DNA of 64,000 nucleotides from Azolla caroliniana (Eukaryota > Plantae > Polypodiophyta), in contig JBHGNT010000004.1 in the NCBI GenBank assembly GCA_043228905.1, forward strand, positions 14,880,001 to 14,944,000, written 5' to 3'. The notes below the pieces were generated by a model. That model had not been told where the DNA came from and did not search any database. It saw nothing but the letters and a program-made list of their open reading frames with translations. This document shows positions 1-13,511 of this stretch, piece after piece (the stretch's first letter is position 1; each line of letters opens with the position of its first letter). Both the position numbers and the translations under genes were made by a program.

Positions 1-993
1 ACGACAATCTATTGCAACAACCTCAGCAACATCTAGCTAGCAAAGAACCCCATCTTCCACGCCTGGACTAAGCACATTGAGCTGCACTACCATTTTGTTC
101 GTGAGCGTGTCCTCTCCGGTGAAGTCGAACTTCAGTATGTTCCGACGGATCGGCAGACCACCGACATCTTCACCAAGCCTCTTGGTCTGGACAAGTTGCG
201 ACAATTCTCGGGTGTGCTTGGTTTGCGTCACCTCGACGTGCCGAACTTCAGGGGGAGAGACGTCCCAAATGACAACGGAAGAGGGAGAGAAGTTCCGGAA
301 GACGAAGACCGCGACGCCGAGTCGGATGACGAATTTGATTTCGAATCGGCTGAAGAAGCCGAGGGCGGACCCGCAGAAGATTCGGAAAGCGGACATAAGG
401 GGAGTAGTCGAAAGAAAGAGCTGAAGACAACCAAGGGCGAGAAGATCGAAGACAAGTTGGAGATAGCCAACTCAGACGAAAGTGAGTCGGTTCGGATGTT
501 TGATTCGGATACGCTGAGTCAACCGAGGGCCAAGCGGAAGACAAGGCAACAGAAGAGGCGCCAACACCGCAACAACAAAGAAGCTGAGAGGGGTCGTGTA
601 AGCAGACAAGCCGACCAAAAGGGGCGAGGAGCGCGAGCGAGGCGTGAAGCCAGAAGGAACCGGAGCATAGATCTAGCGGAGCAGGTGGAACCTCAAGTTG
701 AGCTTGAGGGGGCCGTATCGGTATGAAAACTGCGAGGCCGTTGGGAAGATATTCCTCGTAAGGAATAATTTTGGGAGTTAGTGTAGTAGGCTCATTTATG
801 AGCGGTCAAGTACTGTCGGTACTTGTGTCACTGAGCATGGTGTATGTACAGATTGAGTATTATTTTGAATTGAGTTTCTGTGTGGTCTCTCTATTTGTCT
901 CTCCCGCGTACTGTGCATATACAAGCTCTCCATTAAACCTACATACTTTCTGTGTTCGGTTTCCTATTGCTTCCGCACGCTATTCTTTTTACG
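1..993 (+). mobile_element. 3' end of a degenerate Ty1/copia element (family B): RNase H tail, charged 3' extension, PPT and 3' LTR (~712-993) missing its first ~90 bp
   Basis: RNase H motifs TKHIELHYHFVRE and DIFTKPL. Collinear with 19335-20512. The PPT TTGAGGGGG joins directly to sequence matching 20200 onward. The LTR tail resembles those ending at 7294, 28934 and 56627. Confidence 0.88.
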
Positions 994-1800
994 AGGAAGC
1001 AACGACGACCAATAAGCGTAAAATCGAAAACCTCAAGAAGGCCTTGGACGAAGCGCAAGCCCAGTCCCAAATGCTAAGGACAATGGACGTGTCCTCCTCC
1101 AAAGAAATCGTGAGTGGTTGACAATGCAGTTGAAAGTAGCGTTAGACAAAGGATGGGCGGCATGGGCTACGCAAGGAACGGAATTGCACACCTACCAGGC
1201 GGACTGGGAGAACCGCCAGAAAGAGGGCAGAGGCTTCTACAAGCTAAATGAGGAAAGCATTGTGGCGGTACGAGAGGACCTCGCGCAAGATTATCAAACG
1301 CTAGTGACTAGCACTCTGAAGAACTCACGCAACTACTCGAAGATTTTGGGGAATGTCAGGAAGACATATTCCACGAGTTAATGGAGCTCGGCAACAAGAG
1401 CTAGAGGGCGGAGGAATTGAAAAGGGAGGAAGCAATAACAGTACCAAATAGCGACTGTGCCAAACAAAATGAGCCCCAACTTAAACCCAAATGATGGACC
1501 TGGGGTAACAACAACGCCCAGAAATCCCTTGGAAGATGGAGGCACAGATGAGCCACAACCCGACGATTGTCGATGCTAGAAGGAGCCATCACTGGACCCA
1601 CAAAGGCAAGTCCTGGACAGCGTACCAACTGAATCAGCCCCGACCACGCTGCGTGAAGACGACAACATGGAAATTGACGCGCTTGAGATAACAACTACAC
1701 CGATTAACCCCACGGATTATACTAGCGGAGAAGAGCAACGCTCATACGCTTGCCCATGCCAAGAAGAGCCGTGTCCAGAGCCACAAGGAAATGTCATGGA
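994..1800 (+). pseudogene. Fragment of the gypsy-associated extra ORF (homolog of the antisense ORF at ~29900-31870)
   Basis: QLKVALDKGWAAWATQGTELHTYQADWENRQKEGRGFYKLNEESIVAVREDLAQDY aligns with the minus-strand translation QLKMALDKGWMAWATQAAELHAYRAD*ENRRKDGRGFYKLNEESIATVREDLVQDY near 30250-30420. Confidence 0.8.
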
Positions 1801-1801
1801 A

Positions 1802-2345
1802 ATGTTGCTCGTAGTGTAAAATCACGCGGGTGCATCGACGAGTACGCACACCGACACCAAGATGATGTACATGGAGGAAGATAGGCCCCGTGGTGGTGGT
1901 GGACAAGGCGGATCAGAACGGGCGGCCGAAAGGAGCAGAACGTGCGGCATAATCGAAATGTCGGGAGCAATTCCGAACCCTCCGGAAGCAAGGGGAGTCA
2001 TAGCGGCGTCGGAAGCCGGCAAGAGAAGGCCGCGACAGAATGCTGGTACTATGGCAAGAAAGGCCACAGGGAGAGCAAGTGTTGGAAGAAGAGAGCCGAT
2101 TCGGACAAAGACGGATCGAGCGAAAGAGACGCAAAGAGGCGTCAGAGGTTGCACTACACGGAAGGCTCCGAACGAGCCAGAAATGGATCGGGCCTAGCCT
2201 TTGAATGAAGCACAAGGCCAATTCGATGGTCGTGAACACCTTGAAATTGACCAAGGTGTGGTATGTTGATTCTAGAGCGTGAAATCCTATGACGAGTCAT
2301 GAGGAATGGTTCTCCTACTTGGAGAAACCGGAAAAACAAGGAGTG
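1802..2345 (+). mobile_element. Internal fragment of copia family B (gag zinc knuckle to protease)
   Basis: ECWYYGKKGHRESKCW knuckle, then VWYVDS and MTSHEEWFSYLEKP. Matches 7790-8345 and 57270-57700. Confidence 0.85.
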
Positions 2346-5300
2346 GTCGTGCGTTTCATTATCCGTTTTCTGTGTTCGATTTTAGACTCGGTTGTGGCCG
2401 AGTGGTGTGGAAAGGGAGCGTGTGTTCCTGTCAAAGTGGTTTCAGAGCAGGCAACACAGAAAAATGGATGATTCGTTGGGAGGCATGTTCAAGCTCACCG
2501 GCTCCAACTATTCGGTGTGGAAGTCGAAGATGAGGGACATGCTTCTGGTTAAAGACATTTGGCTGCCGGTTCAGTTACAAGAGACCGGACAAAATCGACG
2601 CCGTGATGTGGCAGGTGATGCACATGAAGACAACGTCGTACATACGGTGCTTCATCGACATGAGTCTATACAACAACTTCAATGAAGAGAGCAAGGCTCA
2701 TGAGCTCTGGGAGAAGATCGGCATTATGTTTCAGAACAAAAATGTTGTTAACCAGGTTTCGGTATTCCGAAAGCTAGTAAGATTCCGGTACCAAGATGGC
2801 TCCAGCATGGCGGAGCACATGAATGCCTTCCAGGGGCTGATCCACCAGGCAACGTCATTGGAAGTACCTCTCGTCGATGAGGTACTAGCGCTACTCTTGC
2901 TCGGCTCCCTCCCAGATACCTGGGAGACGTTGGTTGTCACTTTGGGCAACGCCAGGCCGGAAGGGAAACGGTTATCCCTAGCAAGAGTGAAGTCGAGCTT
3001 GCTAGATGAGGAGGCGTGTCGGAAAGATAAGGATACGAGCTCCGACTCCAAAGCGCTCCTTACCGAATCGGAACGCGGAAGACAAAGGAACTGTAGTCCC
3101 CAGAACCGGGAAAAGCCGGGGACGCGGTCAAAGTCAAGGGGGACGCTTACTTGCTTCTATTGCGGCAAGCCGGGACACTTCCAGAAGAATTGTTGGCATT
3201 TTCGAAAACACAAGGAAACCGATGGTACCGATTCGAAGCAGGCACCAGATCAGAAAAGTGAAGACCGGAGGGGAATGGACCGGAAGAGGACGACGGCAAT
3301 CGCGGCAAGTGAAGAAGAGTTGATGCTCATCACCAAGGAGAGTGAGATAAACCTTGCCGACGACGAGATGACCTGGGTGGTCGACTCCGGAGCGTCGTTC
3401 CACCTTACCCCGGATCGGAAATGCTTCTCATCCTACTCAGCCGGTGATCACGGTTGTGTCCGGATGGGGAATGAAGGTACATGCCGAATTGTCGGCATAG
3501 GAGACGTATGGTTGACAACACAAAACGGATGCAAGCTGCTGCTGAAGGATGTCCGACATGTTCCAGAGGTTCGTCTGAACCTGATATCAGCTGGTCGGCT
3601 AGATGATGAAGGGTACACGGGTAGCATCCGGAATGGTGTTATGAAGTTCAGCAAAGGGAGCCTGATTGTGGCTCAGGCCCGGAAGGTTAACACGTTGTGC
3701 CTGATGAATGCCCGGTTATGTCCAAAGGAAGTGAATGTGGCATCCGACACTGCCGGTGAGCTGTGGCACAAGAGGCTGTATCACATGAGCGAGAAGGGGA
3801 TGAAGAGGCTTGCAGAAGACAACCTCATTCCAGTGAAGAATGTGCACTTGGAGAAGTGCACTGATTGTCTGGCCGGAAAGCAAAACCGGACCTCCTTCCG
3901 ATCGAGGCCACCGATGAGACGTAATGCACCACTCGAGTTGGTGCATACTGATGTGTGTCAAGTGGACACGAAGTCACATGCAGGATCACAGTACTTCGTG
4001 ACGTTCATAGATGACCACAACTGGAAGCTGTGGGCCACACCGTTGAAGATGAAGGATCAGGTGTTATCCATCTTCAAAGAGCTCCACGTGAGAATGGAAA
4101 GAGAAACCGGTTGGAAGCTGAAGGCGGTTCGAGCAGATAATGGAGGTGAATACCAGGGGGCAGTTCGAGGAGTACTGTCGCTCGAAGGGAATCCGGCTCG
4201 AATTTACTATGCCGAAGACGCCGGAACTAAACGGGTTGGCCGAGAGGATCAACCAGACCATAATGGAGAGGGTCCGGAGTATGTTGGCACATGCAAAACT
4301 ACCCAAGAAGTTTTGGGCTAAGGCACTGTCGACGGCGACATATGTGATAAACAAATCACCCTCAGTACCCTTGGACGGAGACACGCCACAGAGAGTTTGG
4401 ACCGGTAAGGAAGTGTCCTACCAGCATCTGAAGGTATTCAGGTGTCTTGCATATGTGCATGTAGCTAAGGACTGGAGAGGAAAACTAGATCTGAAGACCC
4501 GGCCATGCATATTCCTCAGTTACGGTGAACGATGAGTTCGGCTACCGAGTGTGGGACCCAGTCGACAAGAAGGTATTCCGGAGTCGAGATATTATCTTCA
4601 TGGAGGACAAGATGCTCGCCGACTGGGAGTCACAGAAGAAGATAATGAACTCTGAGTCGACCGGTAAGGATCAATTCTACGATGAGCAGACCCAACCGGC
4701 AAGAGACCGGTTAGCACTCGAGGAACCAGCCGGTTACGGTGAGTATACCGAACCGACAGAAGAAGAAGTAGAGGAAGCTGAAACCGGAACCGGCCAAGAC
4801 CCCGAATCGGATTCGGATGAAAAGCAAATGGAGGAGCCGGTTCCCGAAGCCTAGAGATGGAGATATCCTCTCAGAGAGAGAAGGGCCCCTCGGAGATTTC
4901 CGGATGCAGAGCATGTGCTGCTAACCGATGAGGGGGAGCTAGAAAGCTTCGAAGAAGCGAAGGATGACACCCACAGTCGCAAATGGCTAAGTGCCATGCA
5001 GGATGAGATGGATTCCCTGCATGAGAACCATATGTACGAATTGGTGGAGTTGCCGAAAGGAAAGCGGGAAGTCTGAAACAAGTGGGTGTACAAGTTGAAA
5101 CCGGGAGATGTCGGCAACCCCCCGAGATACAAAACCAGGATCGTGGTGAAGGGGTTCCAATAGAAGAAGGGCGTGGACTTCGACGAGATATTTGCCCTGG
5201 TAGTAAAAATGACCTCCATCCGGACGGTGCTGAGTATAGCGGCAAGCATGGACCTCGAGGTAGAGCAGCTGGACGTGAAGACGACATTCCTTCATGGTGA

Positions 5301-7248
5301 CCTCGAAGAGGAGATCTACATGCAGCAACCAGAAGGATTCGTGGAGAAGGGGAAGGAGCGCCTGGTATGCTCGTTGAAGAAGAGCCTGTACGGACTGAAG
5401 CAGGCTCCCCGACAATGGTACCGGAAGTTCAACAACTTCATGATCGATCAAGGGTACCACAAGACACAGTCCGATCACTGCGTGTTTGTGAAGAAGTTTG
5501 AAGGAGGCGACTTCCTGATACTGCTTCTGTACGTGGACGACAAGTTGATCGTCACACGAGATCAAGCCAAAATATGGATGTTGAAGAAGGCTCTCAGTCG
5601 GACCTTCTCAATGAAAAACTTGGGTCCGGCAAGACAGATGCTGGGGATGCATATCATCTGGAACCGGCCAACGAAGCAACTATGGCTGTCACAGGAGAAA
5701 TACGTGACAAAGGTGCTTCAGCGGTTCAACATGTTAGAAGCGAAACCGGTCGGATCGACACTTCCGGCAAATTGCAGGCTATCCAGTAAGCAAAGCCCGC
5801 AGATGAAAGTAGAGAAGGCTGATATGATGAAGGTTCCATATGCCTCTGCCGTAGGGAGCTTGATGTACGCAATGGTGTGTACCGGACCGGATATTGGATA
5901 ACTAGTCGGAGTGGTGAGCCGGTTTAGGAGCAATCCCGGCAAGGAGCACTAGAATGCGGTCAAATGGATACTCCGGTACTTGAAGGGCACTTCAAATATG
6001 TGTCTCTGATTCGGCTCCGGAAAACCTCAACTGGACGGTTTTACTGATTCAAACATGTCGGCGGATGTGGATACCAACCCAGCTGGTCTACATCCGGGTA
6101 TGTAATGACATATGCAGGGGGAGTTGTTTCATGGCAGTCGAGGCTGCAAAAGATGGTTGCACTGTCAACCACGAAAGCGGAGTACATGGCGGCTATGGAA
6201 GCCGGCAAGGAAATATTATGGATGAAGGACTTCATCGGAGAGCTCGGTATCCGGCAAGATGAATACCAACTCTATTGTGACAGTCAAAGTGCCATCCACC
6301 TTGCTAAGAATGCGGCCTACCATTCCCGGACGAAGCATATCCAGTGAAGGTATCACTGGATCCGGGAAAGAGTAGATGACCAGGAGTTCGCGCTGACGAA
6401 GATCCACACGTCTGAGAACGGGTCAGATATGCTAACCAAAGTACTGATACCCGACAAGCTGGATGCATGCCGGAAACGGATCGGACTAGTAAGACATCCC
6501 ATGTTGGAGTGAAGGGGGAGTTTGTTAGGAAACAGGTCTCTCCGGATGGGAAGTGAGAAGTACCCGGCAAGAGCCGAATGGTGAAGACCCGGTGAGAACC
6601 GGATGAAGAGTACCCGACTATGGAAGACCCGGTGAGAACCGGATGAAGAGTACCCGACTATGGAAGACCCAGTGAGAACCAGATGACAAGTACCCGGCAA
6701 GAGCCGGATGGTGAAGACCCGGTGAGAACCGGATGACAAGTGCCTGGCAAGAGCCGGATGATGCAGGCCCGGTGAGGAGTGCTCACCGGATGAAGGGACA
6801 TATTCGTGAATATGTTTTCTGAGAGTCCATCAGGGATATATTTGTAAATAGCCGAAAAGTCATATTGGTATAAATATGACTTAGGGCAAACTCTTTCATA
6901 ATGTTATTGTCATTCTTGTTGGCGCAAGACTAGAGAGCGCGTAACTGTGTACAGAGAGAGAGAGAGAGAGAAGAAGATGTTGTTGCCTCTGTTGTAACCG
7001 CCGCATGTGGCGAAGATCATGAGCACGAGGTCATTGCCTCCGTGAGCTCATTGTTGTAATCATTGTGATATAGTGATAGTTTGGAGTCTGTGGACTCCCG
7101 TGGTTTTTCCCTCTCAGGGTTTTCCACGTTAAACATCCTGTGTACTCTTCTCTCCTTTGTGTCGTGCATTTCATTATCCGTTTTCTGTGTTCGATTTTAG
7201 ACTTAGTTGTGGCCGAGTGGTGTGGAAAGGGAGTGTGCGTTCCTATCA
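2346..7248 (+). mobile_element. Degenerate Ty1/copia element, family A: truncated 5' LTR 2346-2433, PBS 2437-2448, gag-pol ~2464-6512, PPT 6511-6520, 3' LTR 6523-7248
   Basis: PBS TGGTTTCAGAGC (iMet type). CCHC knuckle, WVVDSGAS protease, integrase HTDVC and ADNGGEY, RT LLLYVDD, RNase H YCDSQSA. Multiple stops and frameshifts. The 3' LTR runs TGT...TCA and its tail matches 2346-2433. Confidence 0.95.
6555..6795 (+). repeat. Tandem GAAGACCCGGTGAGAACCGGATGAAGAGTACCCG-type repeats in U3 of the family A LTR
   Basis: About 5 imperfect units of ~40-50 bp. Related units occur in different copy numbers in the LTRs at 21652, 28093, 37982, 43548, 54076 and 63418. Confidence 0.85.
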
Positions 7249-10200
7249 TTTTCTGTGTTCGGTTTTCTGCTGCTTCCGCACATAATCTTTTTCATGGTAT
7301 CAAAGCGCGAGGGTTGAGAACCTCTACAACCGACATAGCTTGAAAAGGAAACCAACCAAGAAGAACAGGTAAAAACCGATGGATAGAGGCATGTCTAGCT
7401 CGCTTCCGATGGAGAAGCTCGACATAAACAACTACGCATCTTGGTCCTACAAGATGCACCAATACCTGCTCCGGCACGGTTATTGTAGCTATGTCGACGA
7501 AGCAAATGACACAGTACCCGAATCGACACACAGAGATTTCCAGGTGTGGGAACAGTCGGCGAGCAAAGTACTGTACTGCTTCGCGTCTTGTGTGGGTGAA
7601 CAACTCCTAAGCTACATTCGGGATACAAAAACGCCGAAGGGTGCGTGGGAAATCTGAAGAAGATCTTCGCCGCAAGCACCACAGCTAGGAAGCTGAGCAA
7701 TTTCTCGAGGGTTTGGCGTCAAAGTTCAGAGCGTTCTGAATTGTTGTGTGTACACGGGAGAATACGCCGTCATTTTTCGACTTACAGTCGATGCTCCTTA
7801 TAGAGGAGAACCACGTGAGTGCGTCAATAAACACGCATGCCGACAGCAAGATGTTGTACATAGAGGGAGAGAGGCCCCGTGGTCGTGGCGGACGAGGCGA
7901 GTCGGTACGCAATGGAGGCGGCCGACGGGATCAAGGAAGAAGGCACTGAAGTGATGCCGACTACAATTCCAGACCCTACGGAAATAGGGGGAGTCGAGGC
8001 GACGAGAACCGGCAAGGGAAATCCACCGCAGAATGTTGGTACTATGGCAAGAAAGGCCACAGGGAGAGCGAGTGATGGAAAAAGCATGCCGATTCGGAGA
8101 GAACCAGGTCCGGAACAGGTTCTGGACACACCGACAAAGGAAATCGGCAACGATCGCACTATGCCGAAGGATCCGGAGAAGCCGGAAAAGGGTCAGTCTT
8201 CGTGACGACACCCGAAGCAAACTCAATGAAGCAATCCGCCCCAAAATCGGACGAGGTGTGGTACGTCGACTCCGGCGCGTCAAACCACATGACGTGCCAC
8301 AAGGAGTGGTTTTCATACCTTGAGAAACCGACGCAACCAGGAATAGTCGCAACTAGAGACAACACTCCGCATCCGATTGCGAATGTCGGAGAAGTTCCCC
8401 TGAGCCACGTCGGGAAGAAAGGGAAACTCATGAACGTGCTACACGTTCTGACAATCACGAAGAACTTGGTGTCGGTCAGACAGATCGTCCACCAAGGGAT
8501 GCAGGTCCGGTTTACACACCTCGGGTGCTTCATTGAGGAAGAAGGTTGTGTTATTGCACAAGGGCGCGGAGATGGGAGGATGTTCATCCTCGACTCTACT
8601 GACGGTGGCACCACAATGTTCGCGAAGGGAAAAAAAGTCAAGTCGGACATCGACTTATGGCACAAGCGGATAGGCCACGTCAACTATCAGCGGCTTCTGG
8701 ACCTGCAATCGAAACAGGTGGTGTTCAGATTGCCCAAATTTAGTGGCCGGAAGGCACAAATTTGTGAAGCCTGCCAGCTTGGGAAGCAACACCGACTTCC
8801 CTTCCCCAACGAGCGTAACCGGAGCCGGAACAAGCTCAACGTGATACACTCCGATGTGTGGGGGCCAACACAAAACGTTAGTCTTGGCGGGAGCCGATAT
8901 TTCGTCTCCTTCATCGACGACTACATGCGGCACACGTGGATCTACCTCATTAAGAGGAAGAGCGAAGTCTTCGACTGTTTCCAGGACCTCAAAGGGTTCG
9001 TGGAAACGGAAATAGGAAGGAAGATCAAGTGCCTGCGGTCGGATGGCGGAAAAGAATACTTTTCCGGTCAATTCAACGGCTATCTACAACAGATGGGAAT
9101 TCAGCGCGAATTCAGCTATAGATACACGCCGGAGCAAAACGGCATGGCCGAGAGGAGAAATCCGTCGGTTGTGGTAGCAGCATGGGCAATGTTGGAAGAA
9201 AAGAGCTTGACCAAGTTCTACTAGGCTGAGGCGGTAAGGACCGCGGTATACATCCAGAATCGGATCGGAGAAAAAGTGTCGGCGCATGAGCTATATTTCA
9301 GGACGAAGCCGAACTTGCGACACTTACGAGTTTTCGGTAGCATTGCGTATGTGCATGTGCCGAAGGAGAAACAGACGAAGCTGGACGCAAAGGCTGAGAA
9401 ATGTATCTTGGTCGGTTACTCGGACGAGCAGAAGGGTTATAAGTGTTATAACCCGCGCACCGAACAAGCGCGCGTGAGCCGCAACGTTGTGTTTGACGAG
9501 TCCGCGTCCTGGTACTTGCCTCCGTCTCCAAACCTCACCTCCAATCCGAGTTCTAATGATGAGGTCAGTGAGGCCGAGATGCCTCCAGATGAGCCTGAAA
9601 TCGGGACCTATGAAGAGAGTCCGATTTTGTTTCGGTTAAGCAGACCGGATGGACGACTGAGTCGGTTCGACAAGTCCTATGAAGAGCCAGCGAGTAGTGG
9701 AGACTCGGCTATGCATTCGCCGCGCAGGAAGCCGAGGAGACGACTTACGCGCAAAGAGAAAGGGAAGAATAAGGTGTCAGAAGAAGGGAGAAAGCACGCA
9801 TGCCGACAACAAGATTGTTTACACGGAGGGGGATAGGCCCTGTGGTCGTGGTGGATGAGGCGAGTCAGTACGCAATGGAGGCGGTCGACAGGATCAAGGA
9901 AGAAGGCACCGAAGTGATGCCGACAGCAATTCTAGACCCTCCGGAAATAGCGGGAGTCGAGGCGACGAGAACTGGCAAGGGAAATCTATCACGGAATGTT
10001 GGTATTGTGGCAAAAAAGGCCACAAGGAGAGCAAGTGCTGGAAGAAGCGCGCCGATTTGGATAGGGTTGGATCCAGATTAGGTTTCGGACAGACCGACAA
10101 AGGAAATCAGTAGCGATCGCACTACGCTGAAGGATCCGGAAACGGCGGAAAAGGGTCAGTCTTCGTGATGAGACACGAAGCAAACTCGATGAAGAAGATC

Positions 10201-13200
10201 ACCCCGAAGTTGGACGAGGTGTGGTATGTCGACTCCGGTGCATAAACCACATGACGCGCCACAAGGATTGGTTCTCGTACCTGAAAAAACCGATGCAACC
10301 GGGAGTAGTCGCAACCAAAGACGACACTCTGCATCCGATCGCAAATGTCGGTGAAATTCCCTTCAGCCATGTCGGGTAGAAAGGGAAACTTATGAACAAG
10401 TTACACGTCTCGACAATCACGAAGAATCTAGTGTCGGTCGGGCAAATCGTCGACCAGGGGATGCAAGTCCGCTTTATGCATCTTGGGTGCTTCATCGAGG
10501 AAGAAGGTCAAGTTATTGCGCAAGGGTGTAGAGACAAGAGGATGTTTATCCTCGACTCTAGCCACAGTGGCACCGCAATGTTCGCGAAAGGACAAAAAGT
10601 CGAGTCGGATATTGACTTATGGCAGACGCGGATAAGCCACGTCAACTATCAACGGCTTCAGGACCTGCAATCGAAACAGGTGGTGTTCAGATTGCCCAAA
10701 TTTAGTGGCCAGAAGACACGAATTTGTGAAGCTTGCCAACTCGGGAAGCAACACCGACTTCGTTTCCCTAACGAGCGTAATCGGAGCCGGAACAAGCTTG
10801 ACATGATACATTCCGATATATGAGGGCCGGCACAGAACATTAGTCTTGGCGGGAGTCGATATTTTGTCTCCTTCATCGACGACTATACCCGGCACACGTA
10901 GATCTACCTCATCAAGAAGAAGAATGAAGTCTTCGACTGTTTCCGAGACCTCAAAGAGTTTGTGGAAACGGAAACATGACGAAAGATCAAGTGCTTGCGG
11001 TCGGATGGCGGAAAAGAGTACTTTTCCGGTCAATTCAACGGTTATCTACAACAAATGGGAATTCGGCGCGAATTCAGTTGTAGATACACGCCGGAGCAAA
11101 ACGGCGTGGCCGAGAGGAGAAATCGGTCGGTTGTGGTAGCGGCATGGGCAATGTTGGAGGAGAAGAGCTTGCCCAAGTTCTATTGGGCCGAGGCGGTACG
11201 AACCGCGGTGTACATTCAAAATCGGATCGGAGAAAAAGTGTCGGCGCATGAGCTGTATTTCAGAAGGAAGCTGAATCTGCGACACTTGAGAGTTTTCGGT
11301 AGCATTACGTATGTGCATGTGCCGAAGTAGAAACGGAGGAAGTTGTACGCGAAAGCTGGGAAGTGTATCTTGGTCGGCTATTCGGACGAGCAGAAGGGTT
11401 ATAAGTGTTATAACCCGCGCACCAAACAAGCGCGCGTGAGCCGCGACGTTGTGTTTGACGAGTCCGCATCCTGGTACTTGCCTCCGACTCCAGACCTCAC
11501 CTCTAATCCGAGTTCTAACGATGAGGTCAGCGAGGCCGAGATACCTCTGGATGAGCCTGAAATCGGGACCCGGGAAGAGAGTCCGATTTCGTTTTGGTTA
11601 ACTGGACTGGATGGACGACTGAGTCGGTTCGACCAGTCCGATGAAGAGCCGGTAAGTAGTGGACACTCAGCCATGCATTCCCCATGCAGGAAGCCGAGGA
11701 GATGTCTTACGCGCAAGGAAAAAAGGAAGAAGAAGGCATCAGATTACAGCTCGGATAAGAACGTGTCGAATCGACGCGAGTCCGACTCCGAGGGAAGTGA
11801 TGACGGGTCTTCGAGAGCAAAGCCCGTGTCAGCTAAGATAGCCTCAACATTGGCTAATGAGCAATTGTGCCGATCTACCTGCCAGAAGAACGTTGTTGTG
11901 CGGTTCGGATACAATGAGTACATCACGCATCACTATGCGTACATGACGCTTGTAGCAGAAGTGCGTGAGCTAGAGAGCTATGCAAACGCGGTGAAGGACG
12001 CAAATTGGCGCGCCGCAATGGAGGAAGAGATGCGCGCATTAGCGAAGAATGAAACCTAGGACCTGGTTGAGGCACCGAAAGGTGTGAAGCCGATCAGACG
12101 TACGTGGGTGTACAAGGTCAAGGACAACACTGACGGCTCGGTCAACCGATACAAGGCCCGGTTAGTAGTGAAAGGCTACATGCAGAAACACAGCATTGAC
12201 TACGATGAGACGTTTGCGCCGGTCACGAAGATGATGATCGTCCGTGTTTTGCTCGCGGTAGCTGCGGCAAAGGGGTGGCACTTACATCAGATGGATGTAA
12301 AGAATGCGTTCATGCAAGGTGAGCTTGACGAATAGGTGTACATGGTACAGACCCCCGGATTTCACTCTAGAACGAACAATTCAGCGGTGTGCCGATTGAA
12401 GAAGTCCCTTTACGGACTAAAGCAAGCCCCGCGTGCCTAGAACGCAAAGATCACGCAACGATTGCGTCGGTTGGGCTTTGCGACGTCAAAATCAAACTCC
12501 TGACTGTTCATCCGGAAAGGTCGACTCAGCCCGGTTAGCATTTTACTTTATGTTGATGACTTGGTCATCACCAACGCCGACCTAGATGAGATTGACCGTG
12601 TGAAGCTCCAGCTTGCGGCATCATTCGACATGAAGGATCTGGGGGACCTTCATTACTTCCTCGCGATCGAAGAGATCCGTACCCCCGAAGGCATACTGAT
12701 CAGCCAACGGCATTATGTGTTGAGTATGCTCTTCAAATTCGGGATGGCCGACTGTAAGTCTGTCTCGACTCCTCTGGATAGAACCGTCAAGCTTCTCCCC
12801 GATTCAAGAAAGGTATGCGACCCGAAGAGGTTTCAACAGATAGTCAGAAACCTTATATACTTGACCATCACAGATCTCAGCTACCCAGTCGGGGTGATTA
12901 GTCAGTTCATGGCGCGACCAACTGAGGAGCACCTTCAGTGCGCACAACGCGTACTCCGGTACGCAAGTGGCACTAAGGACCGAGGGCTACTATATCAGAC
13001 CGATACTGTTGCGTAGTTGGTTGGTTACACCGACGCTGATTGGCCCGGAAACGCCCACGATCGCTGATCCACGGCCAGCTTCACGTTCTCTCTTGGGTGT
13101 CAGGAATAGTACTAAAGCAGAGATGGAATTAGTACTAAGAAGAGTAGTACTATTAGTACTAAGAGGACGGGACTACGTAATATTCCCGAGAGAGAGGAAG

Positions 13201-13357
13201 TGAGAAGAGGAGAGAGAGAGATAAGATGATGACAACAGCTCTTATATTATATGAAAGATAAGTACAAATCGGCTAAGAGGCTTAAGACTGGTGTTGAACC
13301 AATTTGGTTCAAAACAATGCCTTGTGCCTCCTTTTATAGTGTTTTTAGGAATAATCC

Positions 13358-13377
13358 TGAAGCTTCTAGAATGTTCC
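13358..13377. promoter_or_regulatory. Perfect four-unit heat-shock element in the chromovirus 3' LTR
   Basis: tGAAgcTTCtaGAAtgTTCc matches nGAAnnTTCnnGAAnnTTCn. It lies ~20 bp upstream of the minus-strand TATAAAAG (13338-13331). Confidence 0.7.
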
Positions 13378-13452
13378 AGAGAGATCTGGAATATACATCA
13401 ATTTTCTATGATAAAGCATAAATGAAAATAATATCCTACAAAATACAATTCA

Positions 13453-13511
13453 TAGTCTAATGGTAAGAGCTCGACCCATGTAGCATAAGGTCATGGGTTC
13501 GAGTCTTGCCA
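13453..13511 (+). promoter_or_regulatory. tRNA-like Pol III A box/B box in the chromovirus LTR (second copy 18690-18748)
   Basis: TAGTCTAATGGTAAGAGC ... AGGTC ATGGGTTCGAGTC with tRNA-like spacing. The anticodon and acceptor stems do not pair, so this is not an intact tRNA. Confidence 0.6.

Noticed and set aside
13453-13511. Functional tRNA gene
   Set aside because: The anticodon and acceptor stems do not pair; kept only as a Pol III promoter-like relic.
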